The position numbers and the translations under genes were made by a program. 64,000 nt of DNA from contig OZ024740.1 in NCBI GenBank assembly GCA_964016885.1, positions 172,608,001-172,672,000 on the forward strand. Direction: 5' to 3'. The first letter of the stretch is position 1, and every line of letters begins with the position of its first letter. Of the stretch, positions 26,192-41,381 are shown in pieces. The notes beneath the pieces were generated by a model. It was not told where the DNA came from. It worked only from the letters and a program-made list of their open reading frames with translations, and did no database searches. Origin of the DNA: Eledone cirrhosa. Its lineage: Eukaryota.

Positions 26192-27338
26192 CAGAAATAA
26201 TGAGTTTTGTTTATTGAAGAATACAAAAAACACATATATGAATTAGTAACGTTTTATAAACCAGGTTGAAGTTGACCAATAGTAAGAATAGGAAAGGGGC
26301 AATATAAATCCTTAAGTTGGTAGTAGTATATGAATAAATAAGCAGTCAGGGGATGAGGTATCAAATGACTTTTAAGAAAAGAAAGGAAGAATTTAGACAT
26401 ATTGTATATAAAAGTGTTGATCAAAGAAGTTTAGAGTTAGAGGAAAAGGGGTGCAGAAACGAGTGTGTTACATCAAGTAGAATAGTATAGAACAATCCCA
26501 AATATTTGTTATTTCTTTGTTGAGGGGAATAAATTGTTCTAAAAAAAAAAATAGAATAAGTAGAGGAATATAAATGGAACCAAAGGGAAGTAAATTTAGA
26601 TGAAAAATAGATAAAATACTATATAGGTAAGAAAATACTAAAGTTTGTGTAAGTATTGCATTGTATTAGAGTGGTTAGAAAGAAGTCTTACCTGTAGGGA
26701 ATTATATTTTCGAATAAGAAATCCCATTAATAATCTGTTGTTGTTTTTTTAAAGGGGATTTAAATGCATATCAATTAAAGGTTTTGTTAGATTGTTGAAA
26801 ATAATGTAATATATAGTGTTCATTTATAGTTAATTACTTAAAACAGTTATAGAGATGATATATAGGATTTAATCCATGGATTAATTCTACTAGCAGAATA
26901 TATATATATATACACATATACATGTACACACATATATATATATACATATACATATACATATACATACATACACGTACATACACACACAAAGCTCCATGTA
27001 TACCACACACAATAGCACACCACACACAAGATACCTATGGTAATACTACAACACATAACCAGAATATTATTACATATCCACCTGTTACATCCGCTCACTC
27101 ACCTCACCAACACAATACATCAACCTACAACCAACTACCATCTTCCTCATCCTTAATAGGAACTAAGAATTACATACCCAATCTAACCAATAACTTCCAA
27201 AACAACCATGATTCTATAAACGCTATATCCAGTATAATTTCACCAACTAACAACCCTTCGTGTCGTGACCATCCAACCGTAAACCCTTCTCTCCCATATA
27301 AAAAGGTAAATACAAATACTAGCACTATTATTGGGAAT

Positions 27339-27775
27339 ATGGATAGCACATGTAATTGTAGAGTAAAAGATAATTGCCCCTTAAATGGAAATTGCTTAAT
27401 TAATAATATAGTATATAAATGTATAAACACCACTAAGGACTCTAATCAATCCTATATAGGATCCACTTCTAATCCGTTTAAATCGAGATTTTATACACAC
27501 ACCCACAGTTTTCGAAACACAAATTAGTTAATACCACTTCTTTAGCAGAAGCAGTTAATAATTGTAAAAAGAAGAATATTAATTATAACCTAACTTGGAA
27601 GATTCTCAAGAGAGCCATTTCTTATCAGGGCAATAGAAGGGAGTGTAGACTATGTTCCCAAGAAATTTTTGAAATTACTAAATCGAAGGACACTCTATTA
27701 AATAAAAGACAAGAATTAATTATAGCACGTAACCATAGAATTAGAAGGACATTCAAATATTGTAAATACAACTAA
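27339..27775 (+). pseudogene. PLE GIY-YIG endonuclease (Naiad type), one frameshift
   Basis: CNCRVKDNCPLNGNCL-NIVYKC-SYIGSTSNPFKSRFYTH, then after a frameshift at about 27525 WKILKRA-CRLCSQE-LLNKRQEL. Confidence 0.9.
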
Positions 27776-28753
27776 ACAAATATAGAAAAAGATATAGGAG
27801 AAAATGTGTGTGTGTGTGGGTGTGTGGGTGTATATGTATATATATATATATATATATGTATATGTATGTGTATACATAGGTGTTCCTCTATATATACATG
27901 TGTGTATGTGTATGTATATGTGTGTGTGTATAAAATATGTGTGTGTGTATGTACGTGTATGTATGTGTATGTAGTGTATGTATATATATATATATATGTA
28001 TGTATATATGTGTGTGTATATGTATGTGTGTATATATATATATATATATTCTGCTAGTAGAATTAATCCATGGATTAAATCCTATATATCATCTCTATAA
28101 CTGTTTTAAGTAATTAACTATAAATGAGCACTATATATTACATTATTTTCAACAATCTAACAAAACCTTTAATTGATATGCATTTAAACCCCCTTTAAAA
28201 AAAAAAAAAAACAGATTATTAATGTGATTTCTTATTCGAAAATATAATTCCCTACAGGTAAGACTTCTTTCTAACCACTCTAACACAATGCAATACTTAC
28301 ACAAACTATAGTATTTTCTTACCTATATAGTATTTTATCTATTTTTCATCTAAATTTACTTCCCTTTGGTTCCATTTATATTCCTCTACTTATTCTTTTT
28401 TTTTTTTTTTTTTTTTTTAGAACAATTTATTCCCCTCAAAAAGAAATAACAAATATTTAGGATTGTTCTATACTATTCTACTTGATGGAACACACTCGTT
28501 TCTGCACCCCTTTTCCTCCAACTCTAAACTTCTTTGATCAACACTTTTATATACAATATGTTTAAATTCTTCCTTTCTTTTCTTAAAAGTCATTTCATAC
28601 TTCATCCCCTGACTGTTTATTTATTCATCTACTACTACCAACTTAAGGATCCATATTTCCCCTTTCCTATTCTTACTATTGGTCAACTTCAACCTGGTTT
28701 ATAAAACGTTACTTATTCATATATGTGTTTTTTGTATTCTTCAATAAACAAAA

Positions 28754-28911
28754 CTCATTATTTCTGAAGACGTATGAAGACGTAGTGAAGACGTAGTGAA
28801 GACGTATGTATATTTTCTTACTATGATATTTTGTAATATATTTTACATAGATCAATAATAGAATAGGACATACGGGGAACTACCCCCCAGAAACGATCGT
28901 AAAATAATGAG
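28754..28911 (+). ncRNA. Type I hammerhead with 119-nt stem II (base disrupted by short tandem duplication)
   Basis: Reads ctcattattt CTGAAGA ... actacccccca GAAA cgatcg TA aaataatgag. The left-arm copy at 25999-26136 has CTGGAGA. Confidence 0.65.
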
Positions 28912-29023
28912 CTTTACTATGAATTAACCGTTTTTTATATTTTAAACTTTGCTTCATGACATCTTCTACATACGGATTACATTGAGTTCTTCATACGGCT
29001 TAGACCCTACCATTAATTGGTGG

Positions 29024-29142
<119 letters not shown>

Positions 29143-29519
29143 AATGTGTTAGGAAAAAAATATAAACCTGCCGTTGGCTTAAAAGTGATCATTTATAGAC
29201 TAAATGGGATAGAATGTATCCAAGCCAAGACTAATGCTTATACTAAATCTATTTAGTATAAGTGGTATCTACATGACTACTGCAGATAAGGTTGAATATA
29301 TAGTATTGGAAAGTGTAAAGTAGAGATATAATAAATTCTATTCGTGCTATTCTTATTAGTTTGGCAGTTGTAGATAAGAGTGAAGTTCAGAACAAATATT
29401 TGACGACTAGAGTCTGATTGGTTATTCGAGGAAGGTAGGATTGGTAGGAGTTGAAATGAGTGTAGAGTTATAAGTTCCAATCCTGGTTTAGTTAGGGTTT
29501 ATAATTAGAGAATGTTTTT

Positions 29520-30245
29520 ATGAACTTCTGTATACAGTTGAATATCCTATCTTGAATTCAGTAAATTATTTCCTGTTAACATATCCTGTAGTTCCACCGC
29601 ACAAAGATTACAATCTTTTCTTTCACTTCGATAGGGGTGAGCAAATCGTAGAATGTACCATGATAGATTATATTTTATTTTTTCACTTTTTGAATTCCAT
29701 ATTTTGCTAGCTAAGGCAGTAGAAGTTCTGAGTTCTGGATTTTTAAATGAATGGGTCTGTACATACTATCTTTTCTTAAAGAAATTTGACCCTACATATC
29801 TGAAAATTTCACTATTCATTGTAACCTCACACTGATATACTATGTTGTTGTTCATGCAGTTACCCGACAGGGGGCAGCGGTCGAGTTTTCGATAATTACA
29901 CAACATATCAGTGCTTGTTGATTAAAATCAGTTTTTTCCTTTGGGGTAGACGATTTAATAGGTTGAGATATGAAGGGTCCTATATTCTTGTTATTTTGGC
30001 GTAGTACAACAGGTTGAGATGGTGATGAGGTCAGGTTATTATATTGAATTGAATTCTGTATGCTGCTATTATGTTTACAGAGGCATTTATTATTTAGACC
30101 AGCTATATAACTTTCAAGGTTCACTGTTGTAGAGTATGACAGTCTGATTGTGTTTCTATTTAAAATGTTGTGGTATCTATGTAATGGCAGAAAGTTCTTA
30201 TCTATTAACTTAGAGACTATATAAGGTAGCTTAATGTTTACCAAG
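29520..30245 (-). pseudogene. Degenerate Naiad-type PLE linker and GIY-YIG
   Basis: LIDKNFLPLHRYHNILNRNTIRLSYS, NNIVYQCEV..RYVGS, and HSFKNPELRTSTALASKIW. Confidence 0.8.
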
Positions 30246-30350
30246 TTGTGTTGAGGATTATGTCATAGGTATGATTTACTTCTGGATCGTCCAGGTGTTT
30301 TACTTACTCGAGAATGTTTTAGAGATATGTACGTTGTTCCAGCCGGCTTA

Positions 30351-30620
30351 TTATTCGACTTCTGCGAAGAGAGTGATATCATCAGCATAAACAGCCCTCG
30401 TTATTGTTGTAGCTGAATAACAAAACGAGGTGGATTTTCTTAGACTGACGCTGAGTTCTTTAATTTTGTCAATTGAAATGAGAGGGATGTAGTCCAGGCA
30501 GAAGATAAATAGGAATGGTGCAAGCATATTGCCTTGTAATACATTTGCATTGATGTCGAAGAAATCAATACATCCACCAAGCGATTGCACTTTAGCGTTT
30601 GTATTTTTTGCAGAGCAAAA
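30351..30620 (-). pseudogene. RTE-X-like reverse transcriptase fragment
   Basis: VLQGNMLAPFLFIFCLDY ... VYADDITL (RT motifs 4-5). Confidence 0.8.
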
Positions 30621-31933
30621 ATACTCTTGCTACCTTTTGTTACTGAAGAGGATCGAAAGCTACTAGAAAGTTGACAACCATTAAGACTCTACATTTTTAG
30701 CCCAGGCCCCCAACTCTTCTATCTTTTATAATCTCTCCGACAGAAGCTGCAGTGCCTAAGATAATTCGATGTTGTTTTCAACGTCTTTCTAGCAGCAACT
30801 ATTGCAGCAATTCCGGTGCCAAGCTATATCGAAGTTTGACGTTCCTTTGGGTAGGGTGGAATGGTTGTGTAGGGAAGTAAAACTTGCTACATTGACAAAT
30901 GATGGTCTTCCATACAACCTTACCCAGGCCTGCACTCTGAAGAGGACACGCTTATGTCGTTTCACTGCGCTCTACCACCACAGACTGAAGGATCTGCATA
31001 TGGAAGGTGCAGATCAATAGGCTCAAAAGATATATGTTATCAGAAAGTTAGATAAAAGTTGTTGTTGTTGATACTGCTGTTCTGTAGCCCCAGATCTGCT
31101 CTGATCTAGAAGGTCTATGATTAAAGACAAGATGCTCGTGTCATGATCATTTCACATTTTTTAGAGAATATATGAAAGTCTATATTAATGTGATTTGTGA
31201 AAGATTTGGGTGCTCTTTCTAGCAGCTTGAACGGCCACGTAGATATAGTTTCACTGCTTCATGGATTTAAGTTGTTGTAATATAGCCACAGGTCCTCCCT
31301 TATCGAGAACTTAGGTCAAAGCTGACCACCCGTGACAATCCCATTTTTATCTAGAACTATATTATCGAATAACCCTTTTGTTTTTTTAAAGACACTTGTG
31401 TATGATTTGATATCGATTTGATTGCCACTTTTAGAATATCGAGCAACCTCTCTACAGACACTCTCGTTGGCTCAAATACGACGTCTTTCAGTTCAGATAT
31501 ATTTGATATACCCAAGCAATCGGTACATGATGAAAAACTTATAACAGTTTTTATGTGTTTGTAACAACGCCGTTCTCCTGATTTGAAGGTTATTATGTTT
31601 AAAAAGAAAACATCGTATCAGCCACACAGTCGTTCGTAGCAGTTACCTAAAGGTATTCATTATTCCCTATAGTTCCATTAATCGTCTTTCAGCAATTCTA
31701 TTTTCGAAGTATGTTTAAGTTATAATCATATCATGGAACAATGCAGGACCCACCCTGAAAATATGTTGCAATAACAACAAAACCACAGGAATGGTACTTT
31801 AATTATAAGACGAATAAATAAAGGAAAGAATCCAGTCATTGATTGACAAGTCACATGGACAGACTATGAGCAGTGGAGCATCAATGGTGGGAGCCAAAGG
31901 TAGTCTCAGACAACGCCCGAGCATATTTGGCAC

Positions 31934-32022
<89 letters not shown>

Positions 32023-34515
32023 TATTATATATACTGTATATATACATACATACATACATACATTCATAAATGGGAGCTTTTTTAATATATATATATTTGT
32101 GTGTGTGTGTGTGTGTGTGTACATGTGTTAGCTGAAAATATGTGTTACTAGATGTGTTCGTTGTTGCGTAGCTATCAATCAAGAAAGCCCTTTCAAGCGA
32201 AATATTTGTTGGATAATTCCCTATAATTACTAGCGTAAGAAATGAATGTGTATAAATCACGGTGTTTGTGTCTCCTATCAACCATTCTTCTCTGCGCTAC
32301 AATTGTATATTTACACTGTCAGACATTTTTTTTTTTTATTAAAAAGAACAAGAAGAAAAAGAGATGTTCACGTTCCATCACAATATGACTTTGAGACACA
32401 CCAAAAACCTGTTTTATTTTACAGAGCGCGATACAACCTCAACCAATTGGCCGATTGTCATTCATCGTTTAAAAAAATGTGCCAGACACTCACTATTCCA
32501 TCGCTGAGAGATCATCACGTTTACGTGGCCAATTCAGATGGAATTTTGACGACTCACGTGAATGGTCAAGGAATTTAGCTTCACGTGAGTTGTCGAACAA
32601 AAGGTAGCGAGAACTATAAATAAATAAATAAATACATAAGAGGTATTAATAAAAATAAATAACAAAAAAATAGGTACATTGTCTGTCTAAAATGCATTCG
32701 TTTTTTTTTTTTTTTTTTTTTGGGGGGGGGGGGGGGTCGGTGGGATTGATTCACATACAAATCGCATTGCTGATTACAGGTGGAAACAAAAAGGCAAATT
32801 GTTTTTAATTCTTCTTCTTCTTCTTCTCTGAGATTAGAAATAATAAAGTTTCTTTTCGACGAATCCTGATATTTTAAAGGAGACTAAGAATAAAAATAAT
32901 AAGCAAGCCCTATGATAAAAGACATTCCAACGATGACCATCTTGTCGTTTTATATATCTTGGACTGCATTATCCAATGTGTATGTCTGTTTTGGGGGGGA
33001 GGGAGATTTCAAAAAGTGCTTTTTGTAGCAGATCAAATCATGCAGACCCCTTCCACATTTCAGTGCTAGCAAATAAATATAGCCCTAACAGCTATTAAGC
33101 ATCTATAAACCCCGGATGAGTCTCACAATAGAGGGCTGTTCCCATGGTCGTGACGGTGCAGCAATTACACTCAACCTACACTACATCCGCCACAAAAGAT
33201 CTACCAGACTAACTGGAATGAAAAAACACACAATGAATTGGCAGAGGCGTTAGCGCATTAGGGGAAATACCTTGCGGTACAAATTCCAGCACTTTGCGTT
33301 CGGAGTTCAAATCCCATTGAGGTTAACTTTATCATTTCTAATTTTGATAAATGAACTACCACTTTAGGACGATGGTAAAGTGGAATATTTTATGCATATT
33401 GCAGTATGTGTTCTGGTTTTTTTTTTCGTTTTGAGTTCAAATTTTGTCGTGGCCTATTTATGTGGTTGACATAATCTGTCACCCAGTTTAACATCACCGT
33501 CCTAATAATCCTAGAGCAAGTTACACTAACAAATTAAGAAGGCCTATGACCGAAGGGTTTTCATATATGATCATCCGTTCTTTTTCATGGATTTAGTTCT
33601 TCCCCTTGTAAGATAATGATTTCAATGATATTTAGCCGCTATTTCTAGCAAGTTAGTTACTTCACTGGTTCGTACGCCCAACGTTGTTGTACAACGTGGA
33701 AGCTCTGGCATATTACATGAGACAAATATGGGTCCTTAATAACAAACAAGGCAACGAATCGGCTGAGTCGGTAAAGCGTAGGACAAATGTCTTGCAATAA
33801 TTGTTCCGGTTTTCTGAGCTCGAATTCTGTCCTGGTCAAATTTATTTTCTATTCTTATGAGTCGATAAAATAAAGTTCCTTGCCATTGGCGGGATTCTTA
33901 GAGCGTAGGAGGAGATCCCTTCAAGTATTTGTTCCAGTTTTTAACATCTTGAGTTTTAAAACCGCTGTGACTTACATAGCTACATAGCAAACCGTTGCTC
34001 GATTTAACAGCACCACCTTTAACGAAATCAATTCTATTGCAAGCATTCAGATCAGGTCTCCGGTTTGAGGATATTTTCCTCCTTCCTAACCGTAAGTACT
34101 CAGTGACACAAAAAAATTGGAGGTGACTCCAATCAGACTATTGACTGGAAGTACCATAACATCCGTTCTGAATGTGTGACAGAAAGTACCATAACATCCG
34201 TTGTGAATGTGTGATAGAAAGTCGTAGTAAGACATTGGTCTAACGATCTGATTATTGCAGAGACTGAATGTTTGGTAGGGGTCGGGTTTGAAGGTAAGAA
34301 ACAGATTGAAGATGTTTATAGTGATTGTGTGTATGGGATGAGACTAAAAATGGAAGAGCAATAGTCCTCAAACTTATTTTGTAGCGGAACCCATATTTGA
34401 TTTTTCAAAAATCTTGGCATCTATTACTATATTTTATTAACAATCTCTTCTACTCTAATTTTAATAAGTCATTAAATGAAACAAACAAGAGAGAATTTAT
34501 TTATATAAATATATA

Positions 34516-34615
34516 TAATTGTTTCTACATTTTGGCACAAGGCCAGCAAATAACCCAGTGTATTACTGGTACTTTATTTTATCGACCCCGTAAGGATGAA
34601 AGGCAAAGTTAACCT
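34516..34615 (-). mobile_element. SINE 3' fragment
   Basis: Matches the 3' 100 bp of the 45773 SINE. Confidence 0.85.
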
Positions 34616-34914
34616 ACATATAATGATGTTAAGCATCGAACAAATACGTAATAGTATTTATTCCGGCTTTTACGTTGAGTTCAAATCCAGCCGAGGTCAA
34701 CTTTACCTTTCAATACTTCCAAGGCCAATAAAATAAAGTATTAGTGAAATAATGGGGTCGATATAATCAACTTCCCTCACCCCGATTTCTGACCTTGGGC
34801 ATTCATTAGAAACAATTATTATGGTTATCTTTATTGTTGTTGTTCTTACTACTGTTGCTCTTATTATTGCTTTTATTGGTATTGTTACTCTTGCTGCTAT
34901 TGTTATTTAACATC

Positions 34915-35292
34915 AGGCTGACCTATGAATAAATAACCTGGAAGACCTATGATCGGATGATTTGTTTTATTTACCTATGATCAAATAATAGAGAAGAATT
35001 ATGACCAAATGATCTGGTGACTTATGACGAAATGATCATACAGGCATAAGACAATGATCAAATAATCGAGCAGCTCTATGACCAAATGATCGGGCTGACT
35101 TATGATCTGGCTGACTTATTTTCAAATGATCAGACAGAGGTATGATCAAATGATCGGGAAGACCTATAATCAATTGATAAGCCAGATCTATAATAAAATA
35201 ATCAGACAGACGTGTGATCAAATGATAAGGCAGATCTATAATCAAATGATTAGACAGACATATAGATCAAATAATCGGGCAGACCTATGACA
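34915..35292 (+). repeat. Degenerate ~24-bp minisatellite (about 15 units)
   Basis: Unit is approximately GACCTATGATCAAATGATCGGGCA. Confidence 0.8.
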
Positions 35293-36159
35293 AAATATAT
35301 CCCAAACATGGCTACCTTCTCCTTTTTATATCTACAGACATCATGTATCTAGGAGTACATTATTCAGTGTTTCATTTGTTCTAATGACAGTAGGGTGTGA
35401 TTTGAGAGATTTCTAGTAGGTTGAGCGCCCGTTCTACAGAATAGCTCGGTGAATTCTTGATATTGCTGCAGGTAATATTGCAGTTAATGTTTTAGTTGTT
35501 GTTGTTATTGCTGGTGTTATTGTTGATGATAATGATAGTTGTGGTGGTGCTGTTGCCGTTGTTGTTGGTGGTGTTATTACTCATGTTGTTGATGATAGCG
35601 GCGGCGGTGGTGGCGGTGGTGTTGCTGCCTTTACTGTAGTTCTGATGATGATGTTGATGCTACTGTTATTGTCGTTCATGGTGATGTTGCTGTGTCTGTT
35701 GTTGTCGGTGTGTATGTGCGCATATGCACGCATCTATATTTTTGTACACATATGGAGTTGTTGCACAATTGCTGTTGATTCCCACCAATCCTCTCCTCTC
35801 TTTCTCCACCCACCTCACTCTCTCTTCCTCTCTCTCTCTCTCTTTATATATATATATATACACACAGTTCAAGAGTAACCAATCTTAGAGATAGTAGAGG
35901 AGATATGAGAGGAGAGATTGGTGAATTAGTTAGAAGCCAAAGCGTAAAGGCATGTGCTCAATGTGCAATATGCAGTGGAAAGCAGCTAGGTGGTTGGGTT
36001 CATACAGAAGTTAGGCGCACAGAGCTGGAAATATTCATTAGTTAAGCAAAACAAGACCACAAATTTCACAAGGAAGACAATATTAAAAGATTGTCAACAC
36101 ATTTTAGTTTGATGTAAGAAATGTAGAGAATAATAATAATAATATTAATAATAATGTCC

Positions 36160-36278
36160 GTTTACAATTGTTTCGCTACTCCATATAATATTTCTGGATC
36201 AAATGACTATATATCATTATTGATCTGGTTCAGTTGAAAATAAATAACATAGTTAAAGATAGAGCGGCTCATCGGAAC
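36160..36278 (-). ncRNA. Hammerhead-like motif, CCGAUGA variant, 94-nt stem II
   Basis: Reverse complement of 38433-38551. Confidence 0.55.
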
Positions 36279-36649
36279 TTCAAAGGAATATAAATTAAAA
36301 TAAGGAAAGAATGTTACATAAATTTAATATTCCATATATTGGTATTTCACTATGCTGTCCTGGGTGTATCAATTGTCTGCCATAATCAAGCAGTATTCTT
36401 CTGTCGCGGCTGCATTGTGTGAGATCTGCCTATGGGTAACAAGATGGCCGCCAATGGACATATTTACCTTACTAATTAGAGGGTGGTTTCAGGGGAAGTA
36501 ACTCCTCGAGAGATTAGAAATTGTGGGTAGTTTATAGTTAAGTGCTAATTTTTTAATTGAGGGACAATGTAAGGGAGTTAACTTATAATTATCTAAGTTA
36601 TTTATAGCTATTTAACTTATTAGCTACAAGTAAAAATGGGGCTAGATGA

Positions 36650-38013
36650 CTATGTTGGGTCAAATATTCTGTTGGCGAAGGAATTAGCCCTTCGATGTTG
36701 ACAGCTAATAGTTACCTCCGTTCTATCATTAATCGGTAGAGGTCGTGATAGAGTTATGTAATATGCTTCGATAATACAGAGATCATAAGATTTCCTTCGT
36801 CCATTGAACGGTTGGGCCCTTGCTAAGACATCCCATTTTAGTGAGTGTTCAATGTTGGTTAATTTAAGGTTTTTAATGAGGCTAGTTAGAGATGTCCAAT
36901 ATCTGTTGCTAGGGTCTCGGAAGAAAAAAGAGTGCGCGTTATAGCGTACGTTAAAAGGGTTAGAGGTAGAGCCGATATAGGAGCTGGTATTCGAAGCAGT
37001 TTTAACCGTGCACCTATAGGCTATGTTGGGTGTCAGGCATTGTCCGTTTAGTGGGCATACATTGGGGTAACGGCAGTTGCAGATACTTCTGCGGTTAGTG
37101 AGAGTAGGGTTGTTTAACCTAAGCGGTTGGTCAGTGTTAGAAGGATTAGATGGGGGAGGTGTGCTACTAGAGTAAGTATTGATGTAGTGGCGTGGTGTAT
37201 ATGATAGGGGTGGTGGTACCGCGGTGTGGGAGTTATACTGTCTTAGTTTATGATGGTTACTGAATGCGATGTGGCTAGCTAGGTTAGGTGTTGTGGAGAA
37301 TGAGATTTTAATGTTATTTTTATTAAAGAGTTTGTAATATCTATCGTTGGAGGGGGGAATATTTAGATAGGATAGAGAAGAAGCGTTTAGGGATATTAGT
37401 GGCTAGATTAGATGAGAATGGGGGGGGGGTTAAACCAGGTGATATTTCTAGGCCTATTCCTTCTAGGGGTTCTAGTGGAGTTGGTAGGGGCCTTCTTAGG
37501 GTTGATGCATAGAGTTACGGCCCTTGCCATTCTGAGTTCAAATCCCGCCGAGGTTAACTTTGCCTTTCATCCTTACGGGGTGGATAAAATAAAGTACCAG
37601 TAATACACTGGGTAATTGCTGGCCTTGTGCTTAACGTAGAAACAATTATTACCTGGGCATTTGTTATTTGTCATCCCATTGCTCATTCCTATTCTAGGGT
37701 TGATTTTTAGTTTGCTACTTGGAGTGGGAAGCAGGCCGCTGCCACCATTAAAGTTCCCTGTATAGGCGCTGTTACTGCTAAAATTCCGGCGAATCTGGCT
37801 ATATGCTAAGGTATTTCTAGTTCTAGTGTTAAGTTTATTATGGTGAATTGCTATGTTATGGCATTTAGGTATGTAGTAAATGGACTGTTCATGACCAGAT
37901 TCAGAAAGAGCCTTATTATAAGATGGTGCATGGTTTATAAATATCTCCTCATTTGCTGATAGCATGGAGATCCTATATGAGATAGATTTGATTACTGCTC
38001 TGATGACTGCCAT
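36650..38013 (-). pseudogene. PLE ORF remnant: RT thumb, linker, GIY-YIG
   Basis: IKSISYRISMLSANEEIF..YNKALSESGH, RPRNITWFNPP, CNCRYPNVCPLNGQCL-NIAYRC-SYIGSTSNPF, and DLCIIE. Confidence 0.9.
37507..37650 (+). mobile_element. SINE, 5'-truncated, inside the PLE ORF
   Basis: GAGTTCAAATCCCGCCGAGG...GTAGAAACAATTATT. Confidence 0.85.
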
Positions 38014-38432
38014 GAACTGGTTATGAACAGTCCATTTACTACATACCTAAATGCCATAACATAGCAATTCACCATTTTTACTTGTAGCTAATAAGTTAAA
38101 TAGCTATAACTAACTTAGATAATTATCAGTTACCTCCCTTACATTGTCTCTCAATTAAAAAAATAGCACTTAACTATAAACTACCCACAATTTCTAATCT
38201 CTCGAGGAGTTACTTCCCCTGAAACCACCCTCTAATTAGTAAGGTAAATATGTCCATTGACGGCCATCTTGTTACACATAGGCAGATCTCACACAATGCA
38301 GCCTCGACAGAAGAATACTGCTTGATTATGGCAGACAATTGATACACCTAGGACACCATAGTGAAATACCAATATATGGAACATTAAATTTATGTAACAT
38401 TCTTTCCTTATTTTAATTTATATTCCTTTGAA

Positions 38433-38551
38433 GTTCCGATGAGCCGCTCTATCTCTAAATATGTTAATTATTTTCAACTGAACCAGATCAATAATGATAT
38501 ATAGTCATTTGATCCAGAAATATTATATGGAGTAGCGAAACAATTGTAAAC
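38433..38551 (+). ncRNA. Hammerhead-like motif, CCGAUGA variant, 94-nt stem II
   Basis: Reads gtt CCGATGA gccgctctat...atggagtagc GAAA caattg TA aac. Stem I is short. Confidence 0.55.
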
Positions 38552-38557
38552 GGACAT

Positions 38558-38740
38558 TTGGCAGTATCGGTAGAGGGTCGGATGCCATGCTTTGAAGCAT
38601 AGAGTTACCTCCCTGTATGATCTGAGTTCAGATCCCGCCGAGGTTAACTTTGCCTTTCATCCTTCCGGGGTCGATAAAATAAAGTACCAGTAATGCACTG
38701 GGTAATTGCTGGCCTTGTGCCAAAAGTAGAAACAATTATT
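38558..38740 (+). mobile_element. tRNA-derived SINE in the right arm
   Basis: Near full-length copy that is absent from the left arm. Confidence 0.9.
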
Positions 38741-38852
38741 ATTAATATTATTATTATTATTCTCTACATTTCTTACATCAAACTAAAATATGTTGACAAT
38801 CTTTTAATATTGTCTTCCTTGTGAAGTTTGTGGTCTTGTTTTGCTTAACTAA

Positions 38853-38911
<59 letters not shown>

Positions 38912-39008
38912 GCACACGTAGAAACCACACGTGTGGGCGAAGATTACCACACAGGCTTGCAGGAGTCAAGTACTTTCTTTTACTCTCGCTCACTCACTCT
39001 CTCACCCC

Positions 39009-39138
<130 letters not shown>

Positions 39139-39151
39139 AATATATATATAT

Positions 39152-39676
<525 letters not shown>

Positions 39677-39927
39677 TACACACGCACAAGCATATAGTCA
39701 GACACACGTGTGTCTGCAAATTGCCACACATGCACGCAGGAGCCAAGCAAGAAGGTCGGCAGTACCAAGCACAACATCCAGTGCACTATGTAAGTCATTC
39801 ACATACACCGCACCTCTCTATAGCTTCATGGTTCATGTACTGCAATATACGTGTATGTATATGTATACTTATGTGCATGAGTGTGTGTTTATGTATGTAT
39901 GTATGTATGTATGTATGTATGTATGTA

Positions 39928-40522
39928 TGGTGCTACTGGTAACATGTATCCCAGTACAACCTGTCCCATGGTCGGGTCGTTGGCGACTAAACTGGCAACC
40001 CCACCAAGGTTTCTTGGTGAGGAGGGTGACTTTGGACATCCTGCAGGACTAAAAACAAAACCTGTCAAAGGGCAAAGGAGCTCTTAAGAGTCAATGGCCA
40101 TCCAAAATCACCGGGAGAGATGACCCCTTAGCCTTTGTCAAGGCAGAATTCTAGGAGAAGGAAAACTCTGATATAACACCTGCAACCCTGATGGTATCCA
40201 ATGATGTTGACTTGTTCTTCTTTTTGGTAAATATCATCTTGGTTAAGAGAGTGGCATTGGCTTTGTGCAGTGCCTTTGCTCACTATAAAAGCTTCACGGC
40301 ACAGGCATTGCTTTATATCTGGAGATCTCTCTGCACTTGTCGTCACATGGTACCATGTGCCCAGCACTATGTGTCAGTAATTGTCACAAGTGTAGTGTTT
40401 GTACCAGAGTTTTCAAGTCGCTGGCTGGACTAAAAAGTCACACTCGTTCAGCGCATCGGTAGGGGTTCTCCTACATGGATATAAAGTAGTGGCCGTACTC
40501 GAAAACGAGTTGGCAGCCACCA
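39928..40522 (+). mobile_element. ~607-bp retroposon copy (lacks first ~12 nt)
   Basis: Near-identical to 4351-4957, with (TATG)n on both sides. Confidence 0.85.
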
Positions 40523-40575
40523 TGTATGTATGTATGTATGTATGTATGTATGTATGTATGTATGCTTGCTGTATT

Positions 40576-40612
<37 letters not shown>

Positions 40613-40794
40613 GTTAAAGATGTACATCCATATATGTATACTGAAATACTAGTATGTATATGAATACACACACGTATACATATGTAGATGTACCAAGTTT
40701 TTTCACTGGTCACTCTTTAACTTAATTGTTTAAGCGTCAGTCATACAAAAGTGAGTTACAAATGAAACGAAATTTAATTTCGTTTCGTTATTTG

Positions 40795-40847
<53 letters not shown>

Positions 40848-41070
40848 TAGCGAGAATCGTATTTCGGCTTAGGAATTAACGAAAAACAACTTCCGAGATG
40901 TGTGGCAAGCGCTCAATGATACAGATGAAACAGAGCTACAACATTCATTAAAGGCCAAACACACTGAGACGATGGTTAAACAATCATCCGCACTGCCAAA
41001 GAAACGACCAAGTAATTCGGGTCAAACAAATAAAAATATGTGATTAAAAAAAAATATATATATATATATA

Positions 41071-41381
<311 letters not shown>

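Larger units (their letters stand above)
35870..38859 (-). mobile_element. Naiad-type Penelope-like element, 5'-truncated, with ~610-bp inverted arms
   Basis: Arms at 36031-36639 and 38072-38859 (SINE in the right arm) flank an RT-thumb plus GIY-YIG remnant. Confidence 0.9.

Noticed and set aside
32543-32602. Short inverted repeat TTTTGACGACTCACGTGAA / TTCACGTGAGTTGTCGAACAAAA
   Set aside because: It is isolated and imperfect, with no ribozyme, tail or (TA)n flank to link it to the fold-back system.
34148-34222. 35-bp tandem duplication
   Set aside because: It is an ordinary local duplication within a probable decayed LINE fragment.
34915-35292. Possible CRISPR-like array
   Set aside because: These are contiguous degenerate tandem units without unique spacers, in a eukaryotic context with no cas genes.
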